Shown piece by piece: positions 18,525-29,256 of a DNA stretch of 64,000 nucleotides. This DNA comes from an uncultured Candidatus Saccharibacteria bacterium (GTDB lineage Bacteria > Patescibacteriota > Minisyncoccia > Phycocordibacterales > CAIZLB01), in the NCBI GenBank assembly GCA_964450605.1, contig CAYVEK010000001.1, forward strand, positions 143,933-207,932. The letters run 5' to 3'. The notes under the pieces were generated by a model that was not told the origin of the DNA, made no database searches, and worked only from the letters and a program-made list of their open reading frames with translations. Each line of letters begins with the position of its first letter. The first letter of the stretch is position 1. Both the position numbers and the translations under genes were made by a program.

Positions 18525-18575
18525 TCTAGTCCACTATATCTTAATAATTAATAAAAAATATTTAATAAAACTCAT

Positions 18576-19562
18576 ATGATACATACATCAATAGTGTTGC
18601 CATCAAAACCAAAAGTCCTAAAGGAGAAAGGAAATGCTGGTAGTTATGAAGTTGAGGGTCTATACCCAGGATACGGACATACACTAGGAAACTCATTGCG
18701 AAGAATTATTCTTTCATCTCTTCCTGGAACAGCGGTTACTGCTATAAAAATAGCTGGAGTTCCTCATGAGTTCTCAACTATACAAGGTATCAAAGAAGAT
18801 GTGATTCAGATCATCTTGAATCTTAAAAAGATTCGATTCTCTGTTACGGGCGAGGATGATGTTGTTATAACTCTAAAATCAAAAGGTATCGGTGAAGTTA
18901 AAGCTTCTGATATCGATGTTGCTGGACAGGTAGAAGTTTTGACTCCAGATGCTCATATTGCAACTCTAACAGAAAAAGACGCTGTTCTTGATATGGAGAT
19001 CACTCTATCAAAAGGTATCGGCTATGTTCCAAAAGAAATGCTACAGAAAGATCGAGTAGCGGTTGGAACTATTACTCTAGATGCTGCATTTTCTCCAGTA
19101 GTGCATGCAAGTTATGATGTTGAGCAGATGCGAGTTGGTGATCGAACAGACTTTAACAAGCTTATTGTTAATGTTCAGACAGATGGTTCTATGACTCCAA
19201 AAGAAGCTTTTGAAAAATCTGTAGAGATCATGATTCATCAGCTTAAAGCTATCATCAACTTTGTTGACCCAGTAGAAGAAGTTCGACCTGTTCGAGAAAC
19301 TTCATCTGTGGTTGATTCAAAAAATGATGCAGAGGAATCTGTTGATAAAGAGGCTCTTGATGATGTTCTAAAAACACGAATAGAATCACTCGATGTTGGT
19401 CAGCGAACTATCAACGCTTTGATTGAGGCAAATATCCGAACAGTAGGAGGTCTTATCCGAAAGAAAGAGCAGGACATCCTAGACATCGACGGTATCGGTC
19501 AAAAAGGTCTTGATGAGCTTAAAGATATCCTTACAGGATTCGGTCTTTCTCTAAAGGAATAG
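18576..19562 (+). CDS. rpoA: DNA-directed RNA polymerase subunit alpha
   Basis: N-terminal dimerisation domain GYGHTLGNSLRRILLSSLPG; C-terminal alpha-CTD HhH (IDGIGQKGLDELKDIL). Confidence 0.9.
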   Translation: MIHTSIVLPSKPKVLKEKGNAGSYEVEGLYPGYGHTLGNSLRRIILSSLPGTAVTAIKIAGVPHEFSTIQGIKEDVIQIILNLKKIRFSVTGEDDVVITLKSKGIGEVKASDIDVAGQVEVLTPDAHIATLTEKDAVLDMEITLSKGIGYVPKEMLQKDRVAVGTITLDAAFSPVVHASYDVEQMRVGDRTDFNKLIVNVQTDGSMTPKEAFEKSVEIMIHQLKAIINFVDPVEEVRPVRETSSVVDSKNDAEESVDKEALDDVLKTRIESLDVGQRTINALIEANIRTVGGLIRKKEQDILDIDGIGQKGLDELKDILTGFGLSLKE

Positions 19563-19613
19563 GCTTAAAATACCCTTGATTTATTAGAAAAAATACGTTA
19601 TATTTGAAAAACT

Positions 19614-19964
19614 ATGAGACATCATAATGCAAACAGAAAATTCAACCGAGGAAGAAATCAGAGAAAAGCTTTGATTCGGTCTCTTGTGCGTGAGTTATTC
19701 CTACAAGGAAAGATTGAAACAACTGAGGCTAAAGCCAAAGAAGTTCGACCATACGCAGAGGATTATATTACAAAAGCAAAAGTTAATTCTGTTGCTGCAC
19801 GACGTGATGTTCTTCGACGAATGGCAAACAACTCTATAGTTGACAAACTATTTGCTGAGATTGCTCCAAAGTACACTGAGCGACCAGGTGGATATACACG
19901 TATCATTAAAACAGGTCTACGAAAAACAGACGGTGCTTCTATGGCCATCATAGAACTTGTATAA
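19614..19964 (+). CDS. rplQ: 50S ribosomal protein L17
   Basis: MRHHNANRKFNRGRNQRKALIRSLV signature. Confidence 0.9.
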   Translation: MRHHNANRKFNRGRNQRKALIRSLVRELFLQGKIETTEAKAKEVRPYAEDYITKAKVNSVAARRDVLRRMANNSIVDKLFAEIAPKYTERPGGYTRIIKTGLRKTDGASMAIIELV

Positions 19965-19984
19965 TATATTTTTAATAGACGCAT

Positions 19985-20329
19985 ATGAAATACACAATAG
20001 ACGCAACAAATAAAAAAATCGGTCGAGTAGCACAAGAAGCTGCAACATATCTTATGGGTAAAAACTCAGTTGAGTTTGCTCGTAACGTTGTTCCAAACGT
20101 AAAAGTTTTGGTTTCAAATGCAGGTCTTCTTGATATTTCTGAAAAGAAAAAAGGAGATAAATACTATCTAACATACTCAGGTTATCCAGGAGGACAGAAA
20201 AAAGAATTTCTAGGTGATCTTGTTGATCGAAAAGGTGCCAAAGAAGCTGTTATCCGAGCTGTTTCTCGAATGTTGCCAAAAAACAAGCTTCGAGATCGAA
20301 TGCTTTTGAATTTAGAAGTTACAAATTAA
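19985..20329 (+). CDS. rplM: 50S ribosomal protein L13
   Basis: Size and L13-like sequence; S9 immediately downstream. Confidence 0.8.
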   Translation: MKYTIDATNKKIGRVAQEAATYLMGKNSVEFARNVVPNVKVLVSNAGLLDISEKKKGDKYYLTYSGYPGGQKKEFLGDLVDRKGAKEAVIRAVSRMLPKNKLRDRMLLNLEVTN

Positions 20330-20350
20330 TAATTTATATATACTTATACA

Positions 20351-20755
20351 ATGGCTACAAAATCAGATACATACTTTGAAGCAGTAGGACGACGAAAAAC
20401 TTCAGTTGCGCGAGTTCGAGTTACTCCAGCGTCTAAAACAACCCTAACAGTAAATGGTGTTGACTATAAAGAATATTTCAAAACACCTGAATTACAAGGC
20501 ACAGCGATTGAGTCTCTTGTTAAAACACTTCCTGAAAAAACTTTTGCCATCACAGCTATGACAAATGGTGGGGGTATCAACGGACAAGCAGAATCTATAC
20601 GACTTGGTATTGCACGAGCTCTAGAACAGTTTGATACAGAGCTTCGGGCCCCTCTAAAAAAAGAAGGATTTCTTACTCGAGATGGACGAGCAAAAGAGCG
20701 ACGAAAATTCGGTTTGAAGAAAGCTCGAAAAGCGGGACAGTGGTCAAAACGATAA
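20351..20755 (+). CDS. rpsI: 30S ribosomal protein S9
   Basis: GRRKTSVARVRV ... C-terminal RRKFGLKKARKAGQWSKR. Confidence 0.9.
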   Translation: MATKSDTYFEAVGRRKTSVARVRVTPASKTTLTVNGVDYKEYFKTPELQGTAIESLVKTLPEKTFAITAMTNGGGINGQAESIRLGIARALEQFDTELRAPLKKEGFLTRDGRAKERRKFGLKKARKAGQWSKR

Positions 20756-20852
20756 AACTTTTTTCACTTCAGGTTCTGGTCCTCGTCGCGGGCAGCCGCT
20801 CCTGCGGAGGAACCTTGCGTTCAAAAAGTTTTATAATCGAAACATAAGAAAA

Positions 20853-20878
20853 AAACATCCGAAAGGGTGTTTTTTCTT
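20853..20878 (+). terminator. Rho-independent terminator after the ribosomal operon
   Basis: acatcc-GAAA-gggtgt hairpin followed by TTTTT. Confidence 0.7.
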
Positions 20879-20939
20879 TACACCATAAAATTTGATTTTA
20901 GAGCATTGAAAAACATCAAAAAACCTCTATAATACAAGC

Positions 20940-21536
20940 ATGAAAGACGAAGATCTTAACAAAAAAGATGTCGATATGACTCTTGATAATGATGATGTGA
21001 CTATTGACAACACTGTTGACATCGACGATGTTGTTGATGAAGAAGAAATAGAAAATCCAAAAGCGGCTCTCAAAAAACTTCGAGCTGAACTCAAACAGGT
21101 TAAGCAGGAAAAGATGGAGCTTCTCACGGGGTGGCAAAAAGATAAGGCAGAGTTTCTGAACGCTCGAAAGCGTGATCAGGAAACTCAGGCTGACGTGATA
21201 CGTTTTGCAAATCAAAACTTGATTCTGGACATGCTTCCAACACTCGATGGGTATGAGCAGGCTAAAGCACAGAGTACCTGGACGGCAGTAGATGAGGCTT
21301 GGAGACAGGGTGTAGAGTCACTTATGGCAAAGATATATGCTTCACTACAAAAAGTCGGTGTAGAGGCATATGGAGCTCCTGGAGACGCTTTTGACCCAAA
21401 TATACACCAAGCTATCGGTAATGACGCTACAGAGGATAAAGCTAAAGATCATACAGTGTCAGTTGTTCTACAGAGAGGATATAAGTTACATGACAAGGTG
21501 ATACGTCCGGCACTTGTACGAGTATATCAAGCCTAG
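20940..21536 (+). CDS. grpE: Nucleotide exchange factor GrpE
   Basis: GrpE-like coiled-coil and C-terminal region; immediately upstream of dnaK. Confidence 0.8.
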   Translation: MKDEDLNKKDVDMTLDNDDVTIDNTVDIDDVVDEEEIENPKAALKKLRAELKQVKQEKMELLTGWQKDKAEFLNARKRDQETQADVIRFANQNLILDMLPTLDGYEQAKAQSTWTAVDEAWRQGVESLMAKIYASLQKVGVEAYGAPGDAFDPNIHQAIGNDATEDKAKDHTVSVVLQRGYKLHDKVIRPALVRVYQA

Positions 21537-21610
21537 ACTTGACAACCCTTATATAATGAAATTATAGATTATTAAATCAAATTTAAACTTTTAAATAAAA
21601 TACACATTTT

Positions 21611-23512
21611 ATGGCAAAAATTATCGGAATCGACCTTGGAACAACAAACTCAGCTGTAGCTGTTATGGAAGCAGGTGAGCCTAAGATCCTAGAAAACGCT
21701 GAAGGTGCTCGAACAACACCGTCTATCGTTGCTATATCTAAAACCAACGAGCGACTTGTCGGACTACTCGCAAAACGACAAGGTGTTACAAATCCAAAGA
21801 ATACTGTGTTTGGAGTAAAGCGATTTATCGGTCATGCTTTTGATGAGACTTCAGTTCAACGAGATAAAGCGATAGTTCCATATGAGGTTTCTAAAACTTC
21901 AACAGGAGGTGTTGCGATTAAGATTGCAGACAAAGATTATACTCCAGAAGAGGTTTCTGCGATGATTCTAACAAAACTTAAAAATGATGCAGAAGCTCGA
22001 CTTGGTGAAAAGATAACGGAAGCAGTTATCACTGTTCCTGCATACTTTAACGATGCACAGCGACAGGCTACAAAAGATGCTGGTAAGATCGCGGGTCTTG
22101 ATGTAAAACGTATTATCAACGAGCCAACAGCAGCTGCGCTTGCCTACGGATTCAATAAAAAGAAAGATGAAAAAGTTGCTGTATTCGACTTTGGAGGAGG
22201 AACATTTGATATCTCTATTCTTGAAGTTGGAGCGGAAGTTGTTGAAGTAAAATCAACAGACGGAGACTCAAACTTGGGAGGAAAAGATATTGATCAGAAA
22301 ATTATAAATTGGATTGCTGACGAATTTAAAAAAGAAACAACTATCGATGTTCGAAAAGATGCACTTGCACTTCAGCGACTTGATGAGGCAGCTGAGAAAG
22401 CAAAGATAGAGCTTTCATCTGCACTTGAAACTGAGATCAATATTCCATTTATCACAGTTGATGCATCTATGAACCCACAGCACTTAGTTCTTAAGATGAC
22501 TCGGGCAAAACTAGAAGAGCTTGCTGATGAGTTTATAACTCGAGCTATACAGATCACAAAACGAGCTATAGAAGCTTCACCATTTAAGATCGGTGATATT
22601 CACGAAGTTATTCTTGTTGGAGGACAGACTCGTATGCCAAAGATCAAAGAAGCTGTAAAAGAACTCTTTGGTAAAGAACCAAATCAATCTATCAACCCAG
22701 ATGAAGTAGTTGCTCTTGGTGCCGCGGTTCAAGGAGGTATATTGAGTGGAGATGCAAATGTGAAAGATATTCTTCTTCTTGATGTTATTCCTCTATCAGT
22801 AGGTATTGAAACTATGGGTGGTGTTGCTACACATCTTGTAGAGCGAAATACAACTATCCCTGTTTCTCGATCTCAAGTGTTCTCAACTGCAGCTGATAAT
22901 CAAACAACAACAGAGATACATATCATACAAGGAGAACGAGCCATGGCTGCTGATAACAAATCTCTGGGACGATTTATTCTCGAAGGTATACCACCAGCAC
23001 CACGAGGTGTACCACAGATTGAAGTTACATTTGATATCGATGCAAACGGTATCCTAAACGTAAAAGCAAAAGACAAAGCAACGGGAAAAGAACAGTCTAT
23101 ACGTATCGAGGCAAGCTCTGGTCTCTCAAAAGATGACATTGAGCGTATGAAAAAGGATGCAGAAGTTCACGATGCTGAAGATAAGAAAAAGAAAGAGCTT
23201 ATCGAAGTTAGAAACCAAGCTGATCAAGCTATCTATACAGCAGAAAAAACTCTTCGAGAAAATAAAGAAAAGCTTCCAGCCGAGCTGGTATCTGCTGTAG
23301 AAGAAAAAGTAAATACACTTCGAGGAAGCAAAGATAAAGATGATATGAATACTATCAAGACAGACACAGAGGCTCTATCTATGGAACTTGCAAAAGTATA
23401 TGATGCAGTTCAGAAAGCTGGGGGTTCTGCTGATCAAGGAGCTGGTCCTGCGCCAGAAGGAGGAGAGAATCCTGGAGCAGAGGGAAATGTGCGGGATGCG
23501 GAGGTTAAATAA
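21611..23512 (+). CDS. dnaK: Chaperone DnaK (Hsp70)
   Basis: [18 protein letters not shown], substrate-binding domain and C-terminal lid motifs. Confidence 0.95.
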   Translation: MAKIIGIDLGTTNSAVAVMEAGEPKILENAEGARTTPSIVAISKTNERLVGLLAKRQGVTNPKNTVFGVKRFIGHAFDETSVQRDKAIVPYEVSKTSTGGVAIKIADKDYTPEEVSAMILTKLKNDAEARLGEKITEAVITVPAYFNDAQRQATKDAGKIAGLDVKRIINEPTAAALAYGFNKKKDEKVAVFDFGGGTFDISILEVGAEVVEVKSTDGDSNLGGKDIDQKIINWIADEFKKETTIDVRKDALALQRLDEAAEKAKIELSSALETEINIPFITVDASMNPQHLVLKMTRAKLEELADEFITRAIQITKRAIEASPFKIGDIHEVILVGGQTRMPKIKEAVKELFGKEPNQSINPDEVVALGAAVQGGILSGDANVKDILLLDVIPLSVGIETMGGVATHLVERNTTIPVSRSQVFSTAADNQTTTEIHIIQGERAMAADNKSLGRFILEGIPPAPRGVPQIEVTFDIDANGILNVKAKDKATGKEQSIRIEASSGLSKDDIERMKKDAEVHDAEDKKKKELIEVRNQADQAIYTAEKTLRENKEKLPAELVSAVEEKVNTLRGSKDKDDMNTIKTDTEALSMELAKVYDAVQKAGGSADQGAGPAPEGGENPGAEGNVRDAEVK

Positions 23513-23686
23513 ATATCTCTCACTGCGAACTGCGGTTTCGGAGCTTCGCTCCTGCAAATGCAGTTCTCCGCTCTAGATATTATAAAAAAATACTATCACG
23601 ATAAAGTGGTAGTGTTTTTTGTATTCACAAAATATCTGTCAAGCCTTTTTCTTCGTACAAATATTTTTTTATGTTACCATGTGTTT

Positions 23687-24358
23687 ATGAAAAAAATAAT
23701 TATTTTTTTAGCACTTATTATACTGTTGGTGCTTTCTATTTGGTATACAACATATACACCTAAAATTATATCTAATAATCAAACATCTACTTCAACTCTC
23801 GCCATTGAACAAAAAAATGATATAGACGAATATATTTTGGCTACATCTACTATTCAAGGAATACATTACAGTATAAAAATACCTAAAGGATTTACCAAAA
23901 AGATAGATGAAGGTAAAGATTCTTGGGTCGGAAAAACTATTACTAGCGAAGCGGATCCTGCCTCAATCTCGGTATATGTATTGAATAATATCAAAAGTAG
24001 AGACGATTTAATCAAAAAAGAGAAAAACATTCATTCATATAAAGGTGAGGCTGGTTACGGAAATTACTCAGAAATGTCTCAAGGTAATTGGAGCGTTGAT
24101 GCGTCAGAATATGCAAAATATATGGAGAGAGAATTTGGATTTTTGCTTATAGCAAATTCTGAGAATTTTTCAGAAGTAATGCTTCCTGTAAAAATATTTT
24201 TTGCATACGTGCAGATAGATGACTTTCCTGGAAAGGTTTTTGTTTTTGCGTATTCGCCGGACGGAACAAGGACTGAAAATAAGCCATCTATGATTCTTGG
24301 TGAAAAAGCCATCTTTTATGATATTATTGAAAATTCAAATTTGTATACTGATAAATAA
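23687..24358 (+). CDS. Membrane-anchored hypothetical protein
   Basis: N-terminal TM MKKIIIFLALIILLVLSIWY; start chosen at the internal Met. Confidence 0.4.
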   Translation: MKKIIIFLALIILLVLSIWYTTYTPKIISNNQTSTSTLAIEQKNDIDEYILATSTIQGIHYSIKIPKGFTKKIDEGKDSWVGKTITSEADPASISVYVLNNIKSRDDLIKKEKNIHSYKGEAGYGNYSEMSQGNWSVDASEYAKYMEREFGFLLIANSENFSEVMLPVKIFFAYVQIDDFPGKVFVFAYSPDGTRTENKPSMILGEKAIFYDIIENSNLYTDK

Positions 24359-24401
24359 AAAACCCGCCGAAGGCCTCCGGAGAGACACAACGACGGGCGG
24401 A

Positions 24402-24611
24402 TTATTTCTTTAGACAGGACCACCAGAAGCAGATGCCTACCGTGGTCCAGAAACTTGCATCGCCAAGGGTTGGCAGACCCCAGGCAAAATGGCACTTGAA
24501 CGGGATGTAAAGCCCGGTCATGTATGCCACTAGTGCAAATATTAAGACAAAGATGAAATCCTTTATTTGAGCAACCCGTGAAAACGGGTTGCTCGGATCG
24601 TTCTTGTCCAT
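24402..24611 (-). CDS. Small hydrophobic protein (69 aa) in a GC-rich patch; uncertain
   Basis: Two predicted TM helices; the GC-rich patch is flanked by hairpins. Could be non-coding. Confidence 0.25.
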   Translation of the reverse strand: MDKNDPSNPFSRVAQIKDFIFVLIFALVAYMTGLYIPFKCHFAWGLPTLGDASFWTTVGICFWWSCLKK

Positions 24612-24792
24612 AAACTCGGCCCCAGCGAAGGGGCGGTTAATGGTTTAAGGTTCAACGTCACGTTGAGAGGTGTGACGTTTGGCTCGATGTATATTATACA
24701 CCTTATAGACAAAAAAGTCAAGGTGTGGTCAAGTGTTGAAAATATGCGCACATAACAAAAACTCAAATAAAATCATGCTATTATATTCAAGT

Positions 24793-26691
24793 ATGTGTGG
24801 CATCGCAGGCTTTATAAATTACAAAAAAACAAAAGAAACAGAGCAACTACTTGATCTTGCTCTAAAAAGTATTACCCATAGAGGTCCTGATGACCAAGGT
24901 GTTTTTATACAGCCTGATTTTGTATTTGGGATGAGGCGTTTGTCTATTATAGACATAGCGCACGGTAAACAGCCTATAACAAATGAAGATGACACCATAA
25001 CCGTTGTGTTTAATGGTGAGATATATAATCATCTCGAACTTCGAGCAAAGCTTATAGACAAAGGTCATGTATTTAAAACAAATTCAGATACAGAATGTTT
25101 AGTTCATGGATACGAAGAATGGGGAAAAGAATTGCCCAAAAAACTGCGAGGTATGTTTGCATTTTGTATACATGATGCGAAACAAAAAAAACTATTTATA
25201 GCCAGAGATCAGTTTGGTATAAAACCTTTGTATTATCACATGCAAGACGGACAAGTGCATGGTTTTGCATCTGAGATAAAATCTTTGCTTGTTGATACAA
25301 GCATCTCTCGAGAGATAAATCTGTCTGAGGTTCATGCATATGCTACACTTCAATACGCTCCACGAACAAACACCTTTTTTAAACACATATACAAATTAAA
25401 TCCTGGACACTCACTAACTGTCGATCTGCATACAGAAGAGCATAGTATAGAAAAATACTGGCAGTTTACGTTTGATGATAATCGAATCAAAGATGAAAAT
25501 TATGAAGGTCGAAAAGCACAGATACGAGAAGTTATGGAAGATTCTGTGGCTCATCACATGATAGCTGATGTTCCTGTGGCATCATTTCTTTCAAGTGGAG
25601 TAGATAGTTCTATCATAGCTAGTTTGGCCAAGAAAAATAATTCAAATCTAAAAACATATACTATTGGATTTGGTGAGGATAGATCAGAGACAGCGGATGC
25701 GGCAGAGCATGCAAAGTTTCTAGGTACTGATCATAAAGAAATACAAGTTTCTTTTGATGATTATTTTAATGCTTTGAAAAAATGTGCTTGGCATTTTGAT
25801 GAACCTGTTGCTGATCCTTCTGCTATATCACTCTATCTCATGGCGCGAGAAGTTGCTCGCGATGTAAAAGTTGTCCTATCGGGTGAAGGGGCAGACGAGT
25901 TGTTTGGTGGATACGGTATATATCTTGAACCAAGAAATACGTATATACGACTCGTGCGCTCAGTACCAAAACCTATACGTGATTATGTGTTTAAACCTAT
26001 ATCTGTCTGTGTAGATTTCGTTGCAGATCATATTCCATTTATAAAAAAGATTCCAGGTGTTAGCTTTCTACATCGCTCTCTTATACCGGCACAACATCGA
26101 TATCTCGGTAATGCTTCTATATTTACAGAACGAGAAAAGAAAAGATTATTTAAAAATTATAAATCAGTCAATATGGTTGGAGCACTCGAGCTTGCTGATC
26201 AGGATGTATCCAAGATGTCTGAATCAGAATATATGCAGTATGTAGACATACACAACTGGCTTCGAGGAGATATACTTGCCAAAGCAGACAAGATGACCAT
26301 GGCGCATTCACTAGAGCTTCGAGTGCCGTTTCTCGATGTCGAAGTTGCACGTGTTGCCAGTGGTATTCATGATTCATGGAAGTACATAGAAGGGCGAACA
26401 AAGTATATACTGCGAGATGCATTCAAAGATGTTATGCCTCATAGTACAAACGTACGGCCAAAGCTCGGTTTTCCAACACCGTGGCACACATGGCTACAAC
26501 GTGACGCTGTTATGGTTAAAAAAACCATATTGGATTCAAAGTTTATACAGGATATTTGCAACACTCGAGAGATAGAAAAGTTGTTTACCACAAAAGCTTT
26601 GAAAGATAAATTTGTTGGAAGAAGAATATTTGTTCTCCTCATGCTTGCTTTATGGTATGATGTATATATCGAACATCCAACATATGCATAA
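24793..26691 (+). CDS. asnB: Asparagine synthetase (glutamine-hydrolysing), class II amidotransferase
   Basis: N-terminal MCGIAG (Cys2 nucleophile); PP-loop SGGVDSS (FLSSGVDSSIIASLA). Confidence 0.85.
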   Translation: MCGIAGFINYKKTKETEQLLDLALKSITHRGPDDQGVFIQPDFVFGMRRLSIIDIAHGKQPITNEDDTITVVFNGEIYNHLELRAKLIDKGHVFKTNSDTECLVHGYEEWGKELPKKLRGMFAFCIHDAKQKKLFIARDQFGIKPLYYHMQDGQVHGFASEIKSLLVDTSISREINLSEVHAYATLQYAPRTNTFFKHIYKLNPGHSLTVDLHTEEHSIEKYWQFTFDDNRIKDENYEGRKAQIREVMEDSVAHHMIADVPVASFLSSGVDSSIIASLAKKNNSNLKTYTIGFGEDRSETADAAEHAKFLGTDHKEIQVSFDDYFNALKKCAWHFDEPVADPSAISLYLMAREVARDVKVVLSGEGADELFGGYGIYLEPRNTYIRLVRSVPKPIRDYVFKPISVCVDFVADHIPFIKKIPGVSFLHRSLIPAQHRYLGNASIFTEREKKRLFKNYKSVNMVGALELADQDVSKMSESEYMQYVDIHNWLRGDILAKADKMTMAHSLELRVPFLDVEVARVASGIHDSWKYIEGRTKYILRDAFKDVMPHSTNVRPKLGFPTPWHTWLQRDAVMVKKTILDSKFIQDICNTREIEKLFTTKALKDKFVGRRIFVLLMLALWYDVYIEHPTYA

Positions 26692-26911
26692 ACAAAGATC
26701 TACACATCAAAAAGGATTTTTAGAACTTATTGTGATTGTTCTTGTCGCACTCATTTTGCTTCGGTTTTTAAATATTGATATACAAGCTGTTCTTGCTAAA
26801 GAGTGGGTCCAAGATTTTATTCGATATGTAAAAGATGTACTAGTTCTTGTGTGGCAGGACATGATATCTATTTTTAAAAGTGTGAAAGGAGCTTAGGGGG
26901 AGAGGTATATA

Positions 26912-27206
26912 TAAAAAAAGGTCCCCGGCACCGGACTTCGGTGCGGGGGAATTTCCTTGTGGGGAGAAGGGCTAGCAGTCCCAACCTCTGGGATCTATCC
27001 ACAAAGTCGCCTCTATGGCTGAGGCAACTTTGGCTGCTGTTATGGAAGCAGATACGTCTCCTTGACGTATTAGATCTTTTCCACATAACAGCTTGTAGTG
27101 TTTTTTCCTCCTTCGCCACTTTTTTTCTCTTAGAGTCATGGTGGTGGTTCTGGTCGTTTCGAGAGAAGAGCAGCGGTAAAACGGGATTGTCGTAACGTGC
27201 TTTCTG
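26912..27206 (-). ncRNA. Candidate structured ncRNA (~295 nt, GC-rich, own promoter and terminator); class not identified
   Basis: On the minus strand: TTGCTT-17nt-TATAAT with an extended TG. The 3' end has a hairpin ccccgcacc-gaagtcc-ggtgccggggacc followed by T7. ~55% GC in an AT-rich intergenic context. The 122-aa ORF on this strand starts upstream of the promoter and looks non-protein-like. Confidence 0.4.
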
Positions 27207-27279
27207 TTTAAACATTATACAGCAAAAGGGCGGGGAAAGCAAGTCCCAGCCCTTAAAACCTTGTGTTATAGGACTAAAA

Positions 27280-28020
27280 TTAGTTTTTGTCTATATATTG
27301 TGTGAAGGCATCCACCGGCAAACCTCCTGTTATACGAGTGTGTCCACCTATCATAAATGAAGGGGTTGCTCGTATTCCAAGCTCTACAGCAGCTGCTTTA
27401 TCGGCATCTATCTGTCCTGCATACTGTGGTTTCTTTCCCTCAGCCACAAGCATGTCATAGTTTAGACCTAGATCAGCTGTTAGTTTTTTAAAGAAACCAA
27501 CTCGCTCTGTTTTTCCAAGTGCTGACCATGTTGGCTGTGTTGCAAATACTTGAGTGTGAAGTTTTTCATATGCTTCTTTTGATACACTTTGTGCAGCAAG
27601 AACCATGCGCCCAACTTCTATAGATCCTTCTCCGTGAACAGGGTATATACGTCGTGTGATAGTCAAACGATCTCCATAGGTGGCTAGAAGTTGCTGAGTG
27701 ATCACTTCGCCGTTTGTAGCACATGCTGGACACTCATAATCCATAAACTCAGTTATCTCTATAGGTGTTGAAGAAGCGGTTCGAGGAGCTGTTCCTTTTC
27801 CTGTTCCAACTATTTTTGGATTACCTGCTGGTGCAACTTTATCTTTTGTAAAAGTCAGTCCGCTTTGAATGTATTTTGCATACTGTCCTTCGCCGCCATT
27901 TGAAGCGACATTTGATTTGAAGGCCATAAGTCCTCCAACTATAATAAGCGCTGTAACAGCAAGTATACCAAGTGTTACTTTTGTTTCTGTGCTTACCGCA
28001 CTGCTATTTGTATATGTCAT
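27280..28020 (-). CDS. DsbA-like thiol:disulfide oxidoreductase (membrane-anchored thioredoxin fold)
   Basis: N-terminal TM; CPAC active site in EFMDYECPACA. Confidence 0.75.
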   Translation of the reverse strand: MTYTNSSAVSTETKVTLGILAVTALIIVGGLMAFKSNVASNGGEGQYAKYIQSGLTFTKDKVAPAGNPKIVGTGKGTAPRTASSTPIEITEFMDYECPACATNGEVITQQLLATYGDRLTITRRIYPVHGEGSIEVGRMVLAAQSVSKEAYEKLHTQVFATQPTWSALGKTERVGFFKKLTADLGLNYDMLVAEGKKPQYAGQIDADKAAAVELGIRATPSFMIGGHTRITGGLPVDAFTQYIDKN

Positions 28021-28027
28021 ATGGGTA

Positions 28028-28501
28028 CTATTGTACCATTTTTACAGGAAGAGAAACCTTGCGTAACCACCGACGATATATGATACTGAGGACGATTATT
28101 ACACTAAAAGCTATAAATGACATCATAGGTATGGTTAGAAAACCGAAGTATTCAACATATTTTGATGTACAAGATACTCCATAACTGCATGATTCTGGAT
28201 TTTTAATAAAACCTATATATAGAAGGTTGTGATAGAGAGCTATGAGCCAGCCAAGAAAAGCTAGAGGTGTTACAAAGTGATAGACTTTCTGATCTCCTCT
28301 GAAGAATCCAATAAGTAATATCGGAACAAGAGAATACATACAGATACGTTGATACCAGCATAGTACGCATGGTGTATATCCTTTAACATCACTAAAATAT
28401 AAACTTCCAACAGTTGCTACGACTGCTTGTATAAGTGCTAGGTGTAGCGCATTTTTCTGAATCCAATTCCATGTAGTTTTCATATTTTTATAGTAACACA
28501 T
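28028..28501 (-). CDS. Disulfide bond formation protein B (DsbB/BdbC family)
   Basis: Four TM helices; CVLCWYQRICMY matches the BdbC-type LCxLCWYQR motif; second Cys pair CSYGVSC. Confidence 0.75.
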   Translation of the reverse strand: MCYYKNMKTTWNWIQKNALHLALIQAVVATVGSLYFSDVKGYTPCVLCWYQRICMYSLVPILLIGFFRGDQKVYHFVTPLAFLGWLIALYHNLLYIGFIKNPESCSYGVSCTSKYVEYFGFLTIPMMSFIAFSVIIVLSIIYRRWLRKVSLPVKMVQ

Positions 28502-28535
28502 TGTTTTATTTTGTATAAGGTGTATATTTTATTGT

Positions 28536-28877
28536 ATGAGAACAAGTCGGTATAAAGACGATATAGTAAAAGTGTTTAAAACCGCACATGTTTTGTCTAT
28601 TGCTGATATCTGCAAAAAGATTCCGCAGGCTGATTTTTCAACTATATATAGAAATGTCGAATCCTTGACTAAAGAGGGTATTTTAAAAAAAATAGTGGTA
28701 ACAGAAGATCTCACTGTGTATGAACTTGTTGATGTCAAACATAGTCACGATCATTTTATATGCAATGAATGCGGGGAAGTAGAAGAGGTGCACGTTTCGC
28801 ATAACTTGTTAAAAGGAAAAAAGGGTAAGATTGAAGAGGTGGTACTTCGAGGAACGTGTGGTGATTGTTGTTTATAA
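28536..28877 (+). CDS. Fur-family transcriptional regulator (Fur/Zur/PerR)
   Basis: Winged-helix N-terminal region; HSHDHFICNECG ... CGDCC metal-binding motifs. Confidence 0.8.
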   Translation: MRTSRYKDDIVKVFKTAHVLSIADICKKIPQADFSTIYRNVESLTKEGILKKIVVTEDLTVYELVDVKHSHDHFICNECGEVEEVHVSHNLLKGKKGKIEEVVLRGTCGDCCL

Positions 28878-28987
28878 AAAGCCTTATTTTATAAGGTTTT
28901 TTTCGGTATATGTGGATAACTTTTAATGTGGATAAGTCATATTATGCAAATTACTTGCATAATAGTTTTTCATAGTGTATATTGTGT

Positions 28988-29256
28988 ATGAGGTTGGATG
29001 TTCCGCCTCAATTTCATATGCCCAGATTCACGTTTGCAACCGCGATGCGGCTGCCACTGTTTGTGCGTTCCGGCAAAACTGTACGAAGGCCGAGCTTGGC
29101 CCCCTGCAGCTGTGTCGGTGAATGCACGTGCAGTTCCGGAGGCTGATCTGTAAAGGTCTGCTTCCCGGGATAACTTCTCCCGTTAAAGTCCTTAGCGACG
29201 AGGTTCGCCCACTTAGTTTGCCGTCTTGTATGGTACGCTTTGTGGGTTTTATTTTT
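28988..29256 (+). ncRNA. Candidate structured ncRNA or leader (~270 nt, GC-rich) upstream of parB; class not identified
   Basis: TTGCAT-17nt-TATATT promoter at 28955-28983. ~58% GC body in AT-rich surroundings. 3' hairpin cccac...gtggg followed by TTTTATTTTT. The overlapping 63-aa ORF looks non-protein-like. Confidence 0.35.

Noticed and set aside
23513-23580. Possible terminator after dnaK (gaactgc...gcagttc with inner ggagc-ttcg-ctcc)
   Set aside because: Good stem, but no downstream T-run on the plus strand. Left unannotated as a feature.
26874-27242. 122-aa minus-strand ORF and 84-aa plus-strand ORF (26941-27195) inside the GC-rich ncRNA candidate
   Set aside because: The minus ORF begins upstream of the best promoter and runs through the terminator hairpin. 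The composition (Arg/His/Ser/Cys-rich) is typical of out-of-frame GC-rich translation.
26912-29256. Attempt to assign the two GC-rich non-coding units to RNase P RNA, tmRNA, SRP RNA or 6S RNA
   Set aside because: Could not find the universally conserved motifs (RNase P GGAAAGUCCGGGC and AGGGUGAAANGGUGCGGUAAGAGCGCACC; tmRNA tRNA-Ala-like 3' end with GGUUCGA T-loop; SRP helix-8 GGAA tetraloop / AGGAAGCAGCC). Left as unclassified; an Infernal scan would decide.
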